A model generated the notes under the pieces. That model saw nothing but the letters and a program-made list of their open reading frames with translations, ran no database searches and was not told where the DNA came from. Positions 29,393 through 39,609 of a stretch of DNA of 64,000 bases are shown in pieces. Every line of letters begins with the position of its first letter. The stretch's first letter is position 1. Location: IMG/VR virus record IMGVR_UViG_3300047323_000675. One strand, 5' to 3'. The translations under genes were made by a program, and so were the position numbers. This DNA comes from a virus.

Positions 29393-30294
29393 TATAATTT
29401 CACCTTAACTTTATCTAATCTGTTATCATGTAATTCAGTTTCTAATTCTTTATTTAAATCTCTCATTTGAAAAATTGAGTTCACTTTTGCACAAAAACTA
29501 GCTGTTTCATGAATAAAATAATCGCTAGAAAGATATTCTTCTATGTGTTTACTTTTTTCTATATTTAATTCACAAATCATATACTCTACTATGTTAAGTT
29601 TATGATATCCACAAGCTTGAATAAAAGCTCTATCTCCCATTGAGTGTAGATTTGCATGTTTTCTTAGTTCTTTAGAGTGTAATAAATACTTTACTATATC
29701 TAAATGACCATTTTGGCATGCAGATATAAACCCCCTATCATTTTGCATATTAACATCTAAATTCTCTTTTAGTTCAGAAGATGTTAACAAATACTTTACT
29801 ATATCTAAATGACCATTTTGGCATGCATAAATAAATATATTATCATCCGCTTTTGCATGTTCTTTTAATTTAGGAGATGTTAAAAGAAATCTTATAATAT
29901 TTAAATGCCCATATTCACAAGCTTTAGTTACTAATTTATCAGTTAAAATAGCATGGTTAGTTAATTCTGAAGATGTTAATAAATATTCAAGAATATCTAA
30001 ATGACCAAGTTTACAGCACTGAATTAAAGGTATGTCAGAACAACTATTTATAGCTATATGGGTTTTTAATTTCGGTGAAGTAAGCAAATATTTTACTAAT
30101 TCAAGATTACCACTAATACAAGCTTTAACAAGAATCCAACCTTTATCAGTTTCAATATGAGGATTAAATTTTAAATCAGGGGATGTTAACAAATAATGCA
30201 CTTTCTCAATATCACCTTGCTCAGCAAAAGATAAAAGAAGCATTCCTAATTCATTAAAGTTTTTATTTTTTATATCTTCTTGAAACATTTTCAT
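29392..30294 (-). CDS. ankyrin-repeat protein (many repeats)
   Basis: ACQNGHLDIVKYLL twice; ends KVKVKL. Confidence 0.93.
   Translation of the reverse strand: MKMFQEDIKNKNFNELGMLLLSFAEQGDIEKVHYLLTSPDLKFNPHIETDKGWILVKACISGNLELVKYLLTSPKLKTHIAINSCSDIPLIQCCKLGHLDILEYLLTSSELTNHAILTDKLVTKACEYGHLNIIRFLLTSPKLKEHAKADDNIFIYACQNGHLDIVKYLLTSSELKENLDVNMQNDRGFISACQNGHLDIVKYLLHSKELRKHANLHSMGDRAFIQACGYHKLNIVEYMICELNIEKSKHIEEYLSSDYFIHETASFCAKVNSIFQMRDLNKELETELHDNRLDKVKVKL
29684..29827. repeat. perfect 39-bp direct repeat at 105-bp spacing
   Basis: aaatactttactatatctaaatgaccattttggcatgca at 29684-29722 and 29789-29827. Confidence 0.9.
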
Positions 30295-31097
30295 ATTTTT
30301 GTTTTTTTATTATTTTTATTACTAGGATTAAGCTGTTCATTAAGTTCTTTATTTAATTCTCTTGCAGTAAACATGCCTTCTAAATTTCTAGCGAATGGCT
30401 CCTGATATTGCCACAACAAATCCATTGTATCTTTATTTCTAGGTATATTAAAATCAATAATAAGATATTGTGCTATTTCTAAACTTTCGTTCCAGCGTGA
30501 TGAAAACAAAGCTGCATTGAGATCTGCTATTTCTTTAAAATTAGTATTTGTTAAAAGAAAGCGAACAATTTCTAAATGACCGTTCTCACATGCAAGATTT
30601 AAAATATCTTTACTATTTTCATTAATATCATATTCTTTTAAATATTCTGAATTAAATAAATACTTTATAACATCAATACTTCCATTCTCACAAGCTAGAG
30701 ATATTCCCCAGTAATCATTCTCGCTAATAGAAGCATGTTCTTTCAAATCAGGTGATGTAAGTAAGTATTCTACAATATTGGCGTGTCCATATTTACAAGC
30801 AATCTGTAAACCTGTATCATCTCCTCTATTTCTAGAGTAAATACTTTGGTGGTATTTTAATTCGGGAGATGTTAATAAATACTTTACAAGATCTAGCCAA
30901 CCATACTTACATGCATATAAATAACCATTATAATCAGATTCACTATCAGTAACATCAATATTTGCATGATCTGACAACTCAGGAGAAGTTAAAAGATATC
31001 TTACTTTTTCCAAATCACCATCAATACATGCTTTTAAAAATGCATTATTTTTTTGATAATGGGTTGTATCTTTAAATTCTTCGTAAAAACTATTCAT
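30291..31097 (-). CDS. ankyrin-repeat protein
   Basis: ACKYGWLDLVKYLL, ACENGHLEIVRFLL; ends KKTKI. Confidence 0.92.
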   Translation of the reverse strand: MNSFYEEFKDTTHYQKNNAFLKACIDGDLEKVRYLLTSPELSDHANIDVTDSESDYNGYLYACKYGWLDLVKYLLTSPELKYHQSIYSRNRGDDTGLQIACKYGHANIVEYLLTSPDLKEHASISENDYWGISLACENGSIDVIKYLFNSEYLKEYDINENSKDILNLACENGHLEIVRFLLTNTNFKEIADLNAALFSSRWNESLEIAQYLIIDFNIPRNKDTMDLLWQYQEPFARNLEGMFTARELNKELNEQLNPSNKNNKKTKI

Positions 31098-31165
31098 GAG
31101 GAAATATTTTAATTATACTTAATTATATTAAATTATTATTATCTTTCCAAACTATTAGAGTATTT

Positions 31166-31783
31166 TCATAATTTTATTTTATTATTTATTTTTGTTGGGT
31201 TGTGCTTTAATTCTTTTTCAAGCTCATTTTGTATTTTTTTATTTTCAAACCAATTATTTATTTCTTCAACTGAAAAATCTAAATGATATTCTTGGAGATA
31301 TTTTTCAATCTCACTAGTTTTTTGCATATTTAATTCAAAAATAAAATATTTAATCATATCAAGATAACCTCTTTTACAACATATTTTGAATACTTCATCA
31401 TCTTGAGAATGAATATCAGCATGTTCTTTTAAATTAGGTGAAGATAATAAATATTTAACAATATCCATATGCTCATTTTCACATGCCCATCGAAAAGCAT
31501 ATCCATCACGAGCATTAGGGCTAATATGATCTTTTAAAAATGGAGATGTTAAGAGAAACTCGACTAATTTAAAATCTCCATTTGTGCAAGCCCAAACTAA
31601 TGCATAATCATTACAATGATGTATATCTGCATTAAGTTTTAATTCGGGCGAAGTTAAAAGATATATAACTTTTTCAAATCCTGTTTTGTATTGAAAAGAA
31701 GCAAAAATGAATTCATCATTAATTTCTTTTTGATTTAAATCTTTAAATCTATCGTATAAAGATATCTCTGTATTATTTTCCAT
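31166..31783 (-). CDS. ankyrin-repeat protein
   Basis: AFRWACENEHMDIVKYLL; ends NKIKL. Confidence 0.92.
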   Translation of the reverse strand: MENNTEISLYDRFKDLNQKEINDEFIFASFQYKTGFEKVIYLLTSPELKLNADIHHCNDYALVWACTNGDFKLVEFLLTSPFLKDHISPNARDGYAFRWACENEHMDIVKYLLSSPNLKEHADIHSQDDEVFKICCKRGYLDMIKYFIFELNMQKTSEIEKYLQEYHLDFSVEEINNWFENKKIQNELEKELKHNPTKINNKIKL

Positions 31784-31788
31784 ATTAT

Positions 31789-32073
31789 TTAGATTTTAGG
31801 TTTCTTTTCCATAGAGTTATTAATTGGTAAATCCTTATTTAACGATTTATTTAATTCCCTTTGCTCAAATAATTGTTTTACAATATTAAGCTGTTCATCA
31901 GAACAAAATGCAAAATAAGCTTCAGTAGCTTTATTATATTCGTAATTCTCTTCAAAGATCATCTTTTTAATAGTATCTAAATCATTTGCTTGACAAGCAG
32001 TAAGAAAACGAACAGTATCTAATTGATCTTTATTATGATAAAGTTTTGTTGATCTTGATTCATTATTACTCAT
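31789..32073 (-). CDS. minimal family member (N-terminal half-repeat fused to C-terminal module)
   Basis: FLTACQANDLDTIKKMIFE...LFEQRELNKSL; GGAG SD upstream; ends KKPKI. Confidence 0.8.
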   Translation of the reverse strand: MSNNESRSTKLYHNKDQLDTVRFLTACQANDLDTIKKMIFEENYEYNKATEAYFAFCSDEQLNIVKQLFEQRELNKSLNKDLPINNSMEKKPKI

Positions 32074-32127
32074 TTTTTACTCCAGATAATTTAGAAAATA
32101 AATTGTATTATAACTTATTTATTTTAT

Positions 32128-32916
32128 TTACAACTTAATTTTTTTTAAATTAACAATATGATATTCTAATAATTCAGAGTTAAGTTCCTTGTTAAGTTTC
32201 CGCATTTCAAACATATTTTTAATTTCTGTTCCAAATTCTCTATTATTTAAATATTCTTTAATATGCTCAGTAAATTCAATATTGAGTTCAAAAATAAAAT
32301 ATTGAATGACATCTATATGTCCTTCATCACAAGTTACTTTAAAAATACTATCATTGTCTGCATGAATATTAGATTTTTCCTTTAAATCATCAGAGGTTAA
32401 AAAAAACTTAATTAAATCTAAATAACCATGATAACAAGCATTGTTTAAAGCTTTATCATTTTTAGCATGAATATTTGCATGCTCTTTTAATTGTTCAGAT
32501 GTTAATAAATATTTGACAGACTCTAGTAAACCATGTCCACAACAAGCACGAAGAGCAAAATCATCATCAATATGAATATTTATATTTTCTTTTAATTCTG
32601 ATGAAGTTAGTAAATAATGAACAATATTTAAATGTCTTCCAAGTGCAGCACTTACTAAAGCATTACCGTTATCTGCATTTATATTAGCATGTTCTTTAAG
32701 TTCAGTTGAAGTTAGTAGATACTTTACTATCTCTAAATGACCATATTGACATGCCTCATTTAAGCCTTTATCAGAATTGTAATGAATATCAGCATGCTGA
32801 GTAAGTTCAGGTGATGTAAGGAAATATTTAATTTTTTCAAGATTTCCATTTCTACATGCTTCAATAAACTGAACATTTAAATAAATATCTTGGTGATCAG
32901 AAAATAAATCACTCAT
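32128..32916 (-). CDS. ankyrin-repeat protein
   Basis: ACQYGHLEIVKYLLTSTEL; ends KKIKL. Confidence 0.93.
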   Translation of the reverse strand: MSDLFSDHQDIYLNVQFIEACRNGNLEKIKYFLTSPELTQHADIHYNSDKGLNEACQYGHLEIVKYLLTSTELKEHANINADNGNALVSAALGRHLNIVHYLLTSSELKENINIHIDDDFALRACCGHGLLESVKYLLTSEQLKEHANIHAKNDKALNNACYHGYLDLIKFFLTSDDLKEKSNIHADNDSIFKVTCDEGHIDVIQYFIFELNIEFTEHIKEYLNNREFGTEIKNMFEMRKLNKELNSELLEYHIVNLKKIKL

Positions 32917-33485
32917 AACTTTAATCTCTTTTGATCAGAGCTAGTATTACGAAGTTCTTTATTTAATTTATCATTAAATTTACGAATATCCCAATATTTA
33001 GTAATTTCTTCTTTTCCTTTCATATATTTATTTATATGCCATGTTTTTTCAATATTCATATCAAATATGAGTAATCTTGCTAATTCTAGATTAGAATGTT
33101 CACATGCAATTTGAAATGCTCTATCTTTTTGCGCATGAATATCAGCATGTTCTTTTAATTCTGGAGAAGATAATAAATATTTCACAACATTTAATTTATT
33201 GCGCCAACATGCATTTAAAAAACCCATATTATCATTAGTCTTAATATTTGTATGTGTTTTAAGTTCAGGTGAGGTTAAAAAATATTTTACAATATCTAAA
33301 TGACCATTGGAACAAGCCAAAAGAAATCCACCATCATTTTGAGCATGAATATCAACATTAAACTGTAATTCTTTTGAATGAAGTAAATATTTTATTTCAT
33401 TTAAGTCTCCATCAACACAAGATTTGATAAATCTTTCTTCAAAAGGTTTAATTATTTGTGCTTTATATTTATCGTAAATATGCAT
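32913..33485 (-). CDS. ankyrin-repeat protein
   Basis: ACSNGHLDIVKYFLTSPEL; ends KRLKL. Confidence 0.92.
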   Translation of the reverse strand: MHIYDKYKAQIIKPFEERFIKSCVDGDLNEIKYLLHSKELQFNVDIHAQNDGGFLLACSNGHLDIVKYFLTSPELKTHTNIKTNDNMGFLNACWRNKLNVVKYLLSSPELKEHADIHAQKDRAFQIACEHSNLELARLLIFDMNIEKTWHINKYMKGKEEITKYWDIRKFNDKLNKELRNTSSDQKRLKL

Positions 33486-33487
33486 GA

Positions 33488-34279
33488 TTAAATCTTTATT
33501 TTTTTAATTGTTAATAATTTATTATCGCTAGATATTATTTCTGAATTTAGTTCATTAAATGATTTTTTTGATTCAAACCATTTATTTACTTCCTCACCTT
33601 TATATCTTTCAATATAAGTATTGATTGTATCATTTTTCTCTAAATCCATTGAAAATATAAGATAATGAATAATATCATAATGTTTATTAATGATTGCTTG
33701 TTTAAATAAATCATCATTATTATAATGTATATTTAATTCTTTTTCAGAATATACCGAAGAAACTAAATATTTAAAAGTTTCTAAATGTCCATTTTTACAT
33801 GCCATTATCAAAGCTTCATTCCTATCATCAACTTTAGCATGCTCCTGCAATTCAGAAGATGTTAATAAATATTTAACTATTTCTGTATGTCCGTAAGAAG
33901 AAGCTGCAATTAAGGCCGAATCATTTTCTGCATTTATTTTTGCATGCTCTTTTAGTTCAGGTGATGTAAGTAAATATTTAATAATATGTAAATGTCCATG
34001 TGCGCAAGCTGCCCTTAATCCATGATAATTACAGGCTGAAATATCTGCATGTTCCGTTAAGTCGGTAGATGTTAACAAATACCTACAACTATCTAAATTT
34101 CCACAAATACATGAAACTCTAAATAGGAAGTCATCATCAGCGTGAATTTTTACACGACCATCAAAATCAGGAGAGGTTAATAAATATTTTATTTTATTCA
34201 AATCTCCTTTTTTACAAGCTTCTACAAGTTGTTCATTTAATTCTTCTACAGATAAATATAAATTTTCATTATTTTTCAT
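33488..34279 (-). CDS. ankyrin-repeat protein
   Basis: ALIAASSYGHTEIVKYLL; ends KKIKI. Confidence 0.93.
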   Translation of the reverse strand: MKNNENLYLSVEELNEQLVEACKKGDLNKIKYLLTSPDFDGRVKIHADDDFLFRVSCICGNLDSCRYLLTSTDLTEHADISACNYHGLRAACAHGHLHIIKYLLTSPELKEHAKINAENDSALIAASSYGHTEIVKYLLTSSELQEHAKVDDRNEALIMACKNGHLETFKYLVSSVYSEKELNIHYNNDDLFKQAIINKHYDIIHYLIFSMDLEKNDTINTYIERYKGEEVNKWFESKKSFNELNSEIISSDNKLLTIKKIKI

Positions 34280-34782
34280 ATTTTATTTAATTTATGCTTT
34301 TTATTATTAATATTTAAGTCTTTTCTTAATGATTTTTCTAATTCTCTTTTCGCAAACAATTTTTCAACAGTTATTTTAAAATCAATTTGAGCATTGGCTT
34401 GTGAATCATCTATTACTGAAAAAAAATGTTTTATGTTTTTATTTTTTGATATGCCACAATCAAAAATTAAATATTCAATCATTTCTAATCGTTTATATAC
34501 AAAAGCAGTTGTAAATAATTTATCCTTATAAGCATGAATATTTATATGATCTTTTATTTTAGGAGATGAGACTAAAAACTTCATTAATTCTATATGGTTA
34601 TGAGAACAAACTAGATTTGTAATTAAATCATTAGAAATATGTATATCCGCTATTCTTATTAGATTAGGTGATGTAAGAAGATACTCTACTTTAGCTAAAT
34701 CACCAGCTTCACATGCATTAAGAAGTTCAACATCTATTTGCTTAGTGGTGTAATTATTAAAAAATTTATCAAAATCATTCAT
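34276..34782 (-). CDS. ankyrin-repeat protein (short)
   Basis: ACEAGDLAKVEYLLTSP; ends KLNKI. Confidence 0.87.
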   Translation of the reverse strand: MNDFDKFFNNYTTKQIDVELLNACEAGDLAKVEYLLTSPNLIRIADIHISNDLITNLVCSHNHIELMKFLVSSPKIKDHINIHAYKDKLFTTAFVYKRLEMIEYLIFDCGISKNKNIKHFFSVIDDSQANAQIDFKITVEKLFAKRELEKSLRKDLNINNKKHKLNKI

Positions 34783-35291
34783 AATTTAGGCTTTTTTTCT
34801 TTATGATTGCTACCATGAGCATTTAACTGTTTTTCTAATTCTTTTGTTTCAAAAATATTAATTATATTTTGAAATGTATCTTTATGATGTTTAAAAATAT
34901 TTATTGGTTGATAATTGAGATTTGGCGAATCAAGAAAAAATTTAATTTCATCATTAAATTCTATTTTTTCGTTAAATATTAAATACTGAATAATATCTAA
35001 TCTGTTATAAAAACAAGCTGATTTAAATCCATCTTCTATATTTTTATGTTTAATATGATCACTAAATTCAGGAGTATGAAGAAAATATTTAACAATATGA
35101 AAATGATTATTGGCACAAGCATAATCAAAAATTTCATTAAATTCGCCATTTAAATTAGAATGAATTTTTAATTTAAAACAAGTAATCAAATACTTTACCT
35201 CATCAATGTTTCCAGAAATACAGGAATCAATGACTGCTTCATCTAATTGGTCAGGAGACATATTGTTAAATTTTTTATATAATTCAGACAT
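34779..35291 (-). CDS. ankyrin-repeat protein (short)
   Basis: ACANNHFHIVKYFL; ends KKPKL. Confidence 0.87.
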   Translation of the reverse strand: MSELYKKFNNMSPDQLDEAVIDSCISGNIDEVKYLITCFKLKIHSNLNGEFNEIFDYACANNHFHIVKYFLHTPEFSDHIKHKNIEDGFKSACFYNRLDIIQYLIFNEKIEFNDEIKFFLDSPNLNYQPINIFKHHKDTFQNIINIFETKELEKQLNAHGSNHKEKKPKL

Positions 35292-35394
35292 AATTTTAAA
35301 AGTTTAGGTAATTAAATATAAAAAATAAGAGATAATATATTCATTAATTAATATTAACAAATATAATTATCTCTTTCAATGAAAGTAGGATTAA

Positions 35395-35949
35395 TTATCT
35401 AGGAATGCATGAACAAGGCCAACTAAACCAATAAACATCATTAGGAATACCAGTCATAATTAAATATTGGAAACCTTCTCCATACATAAGTGGATCATCC
35501 TCTTTTTTGAATCTAGCTTCCGCTTCCTCTAAAGAGGAAAAACTTCCAATATATTCATTCCAGGGAGTAGTGCTATTAGTTAATTCACTACGGTAAATAG
35601 AATACATGCCAACAGGAGGTGCTGGAGGAACAACAGTTCTATTAGGTGCTACAGCATGGGTATAAGGGTCAGATGGCTGTGTTGGACTCACTATAGGTGG
35701 TATTGGATTATCTATTACTGGTGGTGTTGGGTCAACAGGCATAGGATCAGGAATGACTATTGGCTCAAGTGGAGGAGGAGGTTGGGGAATTTCAACAGGA
35801 GTAGTCCCAACAGATGGTTCAGAAGGAATAGGGTTTTGATTTGGTGGAACAGTTTCAACAGGATTGGTAGTAGATGATTGTGTATCACCACCGCCACCAC
35901 CACAAGAAATCAATGATAAACAAAAGATACAAGCTAATACATGTTTCAA
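35395..35949 (-). CDS. proline-rich lipoprotein (non-ankyrin, no tail)
   Basis: Signal peptide with lipobox LIS-C followed by GGGGG; Pro-rich stalk; TTG start with GGGAG SD. Confidence 0.78.
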   Translation of the reverse strand: MKHVLACIFCLSLISCGGGGGDTQSSTTNPVETVPPNQNPIPSEPSVGTTPVEIPQPPPPLEPIVIPDPMPVDPTPPVIDNPIPPIVSPTQPSDPYTHAVAPNRTVVPPAPPVGMYSIYRSELTNSTTPWNEYIGSFSSLEEAEARFKKEDDPLMYGEGFQYLIMTGIPNDVYWFSWPCSCIPR

Positions 35950-36026
35950 AATAAAATCTCCATAATAGGAGAATATTTTATTATTTATTTTTAAAATAAG
36001 AAATGTTTTATTTGCAACATTATAAA

Positions 36027-36746
36027 TTATATTTTAATTTTTTTTCTTTCACTACCAATATTATGTTTTAACTCATTATTTAAATCTTGACTCAAATTCC
36101 TAACTTCAAACATATGTTTAATATGGATAAGATAAGGATCGTTTTGTTTATGCAGTTGAGGATTATTTAGGAACTCAGTTATATCTTTGGTTGCTTCTAA
36201 TTTTCTATCAAATATTAAATACTCCAAAAATTCATCTTTTCGATTATTATATGCTTGTATAAACAAAATATCTTTGTTTGTATGAAGATCCATCTTGTCT
36301 TTAAATAAAGCTGAATTAATGAAGAAATTTATACTATCAAAGTGTAACATTTGTGCCAAGTTATCTAGAACTTTATTCTCTTTATTATTAGATATATGGT
36401 TTTTGATAGTATTTGGTAAGGTTAAAAGATACTTAATCAAATCTATTTGATTGTTTATTGATGCCCATTCTAAAGAACGATCAAGTGAGACTTCTGGTTG
36501 TTGAAATTGTTGAGTATTTTCAGATGTTAATAAATAATTCATAATATCAACTCGTCCATACATTGATGCACTGCTTAAAATAGATTGAATAGGTAAAGGG
36601 TTTATTCTAAGTGTTTTCTTTTTAAATAGTTTATCTATTTTTTTTAAATCCCCATTCTGACAAGCAGCCATTACAATATTTAAGTCATCTTTTGTAAATG
36701 ACTTAAATTGAGAAAAGATAGACTTAAAAGCTTTAAAAAGTTTCAT
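36027..36746 (-). CDS. ankyrin-repeat protein, FKQIFK-related subfamily
   Basis: FKSIFSQFKSFTKDDL N-terminus; ACQNGDLKKI; ends KKIKI. Confidence 0.88.
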   Translation of the reverse strand: MKLFKAFKSIFSQFKSFTKDDLNIVMAACQNGDLKKIDKLFKKKTLRINPLPIQSILSSASMYGRVDIMNYLLTSENTQQFQQPEVSLDRSLEWASINNQIDLIKYLLTLPNTIKNHISNNKENKVLDNLAQMLHFDSINFFINSALFKDKMDLHTNKDILFIQAYNNRKDEFLEYLIFDRKLEATKDITEFLNNPQLHKQNDPYLIHIKHMFEVRNLSQDLNNELKHNIGSERKKIKI

Positions 36747-37240
36747 ATTTTTATTTTATTATTATCTACTGAATTTATTTCAGAATTTAATTCACTTTCT
36801 AATGAGGATTTTAAATTACGCATTTCAAATATATGTAGAACATAAGCACAAAAAGGAGTTTTTTTACTTTTAAAATAATTTTCCATATTTTCATTTTTTT
36901 CTATTTTAAATTCATTAACAAGATATTCTACAATATGAAGATGCTGCGAATTACAAACGGCTCTAAAACATCTGTTTTTATTAGAGTAGATGTCAGCATG
37001 TTTTTTTAATTCAGAAGAGGTTAATAAATATTTTACTATTTCTAAGTTTCCTGACTGGCAAGCTAAATAAATTGGGTTATTGTTGTGAACATGAATATCT
37101 ATATGTTTGTTAAGTTCAGTAGATGTTAATAAATAACGAACATCATCTAAAAAACCATTTATACATGCAGTTTCTAATGCATTGTGTAATTCTCTATGAT
37201 CTAAATTTTTAAATTTTTCATATAAAATCTTATGGGTCAT
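36743..37240 (-). CDS. ankyrin-repeat protein
   Basis: PIYLACQSGNLEIVKYLL; ends NKIKI. Confidence 0.9.
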   Translation of the reverse strand: MTHKILYEKFKNLDHRELHNALETACINGFLDDVRYLLTSTELNKHIDIHVHNNNPIYLACQSGNLEIVKYLLTSSELKKHADIYSNKNRCFRAVCNSQHLHIVEYLVNEFKIEKNENMENYFKSKKTPFCAYVLHIFEMRNLKSSLESELNSEINSVDNNKIKI

Positions 37241-37956
37241 ACTTTCACTTTCTTTTTAGATTCTATTACTTCATTTTGTTTAGAAGATTCAAGCTCCCGA
37301 TTTAATTCTCTTGATTGAAACATGCTTTCTGTAACTTTAGAAAAATTTCTTTTATGATTTTTAAGAACTAAATCAATTTCACTACTTTTCTCTATGTCCA
37401 TTTCAAAAATAAGATATTTTAATATTTCTGCTTGTTCTGTTTCCAAACAGCCTTTTACAGCTTTAGCTAAACTTTTAGGTAGATGTGTTTTTTCTTTAAT
37501 TCTATTATCATTTAAAAACCATTTTACTAAATCAAAGCTTCCATTATAACAAGCGGAATATATTGCTTCACAATCATCACCATTAATATTTGCATGTTCT
37601 TTTAAATCTGGAGAAAACAACAAATAATCTATTATTTCCATATGTTCATAATTAACAACTAGATTGATTGCACAATCATCCTTAGCATGAATATCAACAT
37701 GCTCGTTGATTTCAGTGGAAGTTAGTAAATACTTTACAATATTAATATTTCCTCGTTCACATGCGTCAAAAAAGCCTTGATAGTTGTTATAACTCACTTT
37801 AGCATGTTTTTTTAAATCGGAGGAAGTTAATAGATATTTCACTTTTTCTAAATCCCCATTAATACAAGCACGAATAAAAAGAAGACTTAAAAGGCTTATT
37901 GCTTCTTCCTTTTGGCTATCTCTTTCTACTTGTTTAATAAATTTTTCATCTATCAT
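37237..37956 (-). CDS. ankyrin-repeat protein
   Basis: ACINGDLEKVKYLL, ACERGNINIVKYLL; ends KKVKV. Confidence 0.92.
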   Translation of the reverse strand: MIDEKFIKQVERDSQKEEAISLLSLLFIRACINGDLEKVKYLLTSSDLKKHAKVSYNNYQGFFDACERGNINIVKYLLTSTEINEHVDIHAKDDCAINLVVNYEHMEIIDYLLFSPDLKEHANINGDDCEAIYSACYNGSFDLVKWFLNDNRIKEKTHLPKSLAKAVKGCLETEQAEILKYLIFEMDIEKSSEIDLVLKNHKRNFSKVTESMFQSRELNRELESSKQNEVIESKKKVKV

Positions 37957-38432
37957 AATTTAGGTTTTTTTATATTTTGGCTATCTGTAGTCAATTCATT
38001 GTTTAAATCTTTATTTACTTCGCGTAAGATGAACATATTTTTAATAGTTTCATTAAAGCTCTGACTAGATGTATTCAAATATTCTTTTATTGCAGGAGTT
38101 TCTTCTATATTATACTCAAAAATAAGGTATTGAAGCACTTCTGTGCTTCCACCATTACATGCATCTTTAAATGCTTGCTGTTCATTTTCGTAAATATTTG
38201 CATGTTCTTTTAAATTAGGTGAACTAAGAAAATATTTAACCATTTCAGGAAAGTTTGAGTTACAAGCAATACGCAGAGGCTCATTATCTGCTGTTAAGCT
38301 TGGGTGATACATTAATTCGGGTGAAGTTAGAAGATATTTAACGGCCTCCAAATTATTATTTGAACATGCCAACATAAAAAACATGTCTAGGTCCTCATTA
38401 GATGCATCTTTATATTGCTCAATAAAATTCAT
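37953..38432 (-). CDS. ankyrin-repeat protein
   Basis: PLRIACNSNFPEMVKYFL; ends KKPKL. Confidence 0.9.
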   Translation of the reverse strand: MNFIEQYKDASNEDLDMFFMLACSNNNLEAVKYLLTSPELMYHPSLTADNEPLRIACNSNFPEMVKYFLSSPNLKEHANIYENEQQAFKDACNGGSTEVLQYLIFEYNIEETPAIKEYLNTSSQSFNETIKNMFILREVNKDLNNELTTDSQNIKKPKL

Positions 38433-39025
38433 ATTTTCATTTTTCTTGTATTTTCTGTTTCAGTAGATAACTCTTTTTCTAAGTTTTCACCTAATTCTCT
38501 TAATGAAAATAGATGATTAACTTGTTCTATAAAGCTTTTATCATTATCTTTTTCGTTTAAATAATTCTTGATATGTATTGTTTTATTTATTTGCATATCA
38601 AAAATAAAGTATTGGATAATATCTAAATGATGATTCTTACATGCTAATATAAACCCATCATCATGATATTCTATGTCAATATGTTGCTTTAGAATAGGTG
38701 CCGACAAAAGGAATTTTACCATATCTAAATTACCATCAACACAGCATTGTAAAAGAACACTACCATGAGAAACATTTATATCCGCATGTTCTTTCAAGTT
38801 TGTTGAGGATAGAAGGTATTTTACTAAATCATAATGTTTTCCATCAAAAGCATATATTAATCCTTGATCCCCTCTAGTATGAATATCAGCATGCACTTTA
38901 AGATCAGGAGAAGTTAATATATAAGATACCTCTTCTAAATTACCGCTTAAACAAAGTAAAGTAAATCTAAGATTTAAAACTTTTCGGCTTAAATCTTTAT
39001 ATTTTTCGTAAAGTTCTTTGTTCAT
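38429..39025 (-). CDS. ankyrin-repeat protein
   Basis: CCVDGNLDMVKFLL, ACKNHHLDIIQY; ends RKMKI. Confidence 0.9.
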   Translation of the reverse strand: MNKELYEKYKDLSRKVLNLRFTLLCLSGNLEEVSYILTSPDLKVHADIHTRGDQGLIYAFDGKHYDLVKYLLSSTNLKEHADINVSHGSVLLQCCVDGNLDMVKFLLSAPILKQHIDIEYHDDGFILACKNHHLDIIQYFIFDMQINKTIHIKNYLNEKDNDKSFIEQVNHLFSLRELGENLEKELSTETENTRKMKI

Positions 39026-39609
39026 AATTTTATTTTAGGCTTTTTACTAGGTGTACAAGCCAACTCTTTTTCTAAAGATGCTTTTAATTCGCGTTGATTA
39101 AACATTTTATCAATTTCTTTGATGTGTTCAATTATATTTCTTAGAAAAATATTTTCTGCTAATTTTTTAATGTTTCTTTCGTAAATAAAATAATAAACAA
39201 CATTTAAATGACCATTTTTACATGCAGCAAGAAAAGCTCTATCTTCATGAGATTTCTTATTTTGTTTTTTAAACTGTGGAGATTCCAGTATGTATTTAAC
39301 TATACTTAAATTATTATTTAATGAAGCTACTGCTAAAGGTGTTCCATCGTCATAACTAATGTCAGCATGATCTTTTAATTTAGAAGATGATGTGAGGAAC
39401 TCAACTATTGATAAGTGTCCATTCATACATGCTGCCCTTAACCCCATTTCTTTATCACAATGAATTTCTGCATGAAATTTTAATTGAGGAGAAGTACATA
39501 AGTATTCAACTCTTCCTAAGTCACCATTAAGACATGCAGATTGAAATGCAACATTTATTTCATCTTGGTCATACTTTTTAGATTCTTCTAAAAATTTTTC
39601 ATTAATCAT
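39022..39609 (-). CDS. ankyrin-repeat protein
   Basis: GTPLAVASLNNNLSIVKYIL; ends PKIKL. Confidence 0.92.
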   Translation of the reverse strand: MINEKFLEESKKYDQDEINVAFQSACLNGDLGRVEYLCTSPQLKFHAEIHCDKEMGLRAACMNGHLSIVEFLTSSSKLKDHADISYDDGTPLAVASLNNNLSIVKYILESPQFKKQNKKSHEDRAFLAACKNGHLNVVYYFIYERNIKKLAENIFLRNIIEHIKEIDKMFNQRELKASLEKELACTPSKKPKIKL

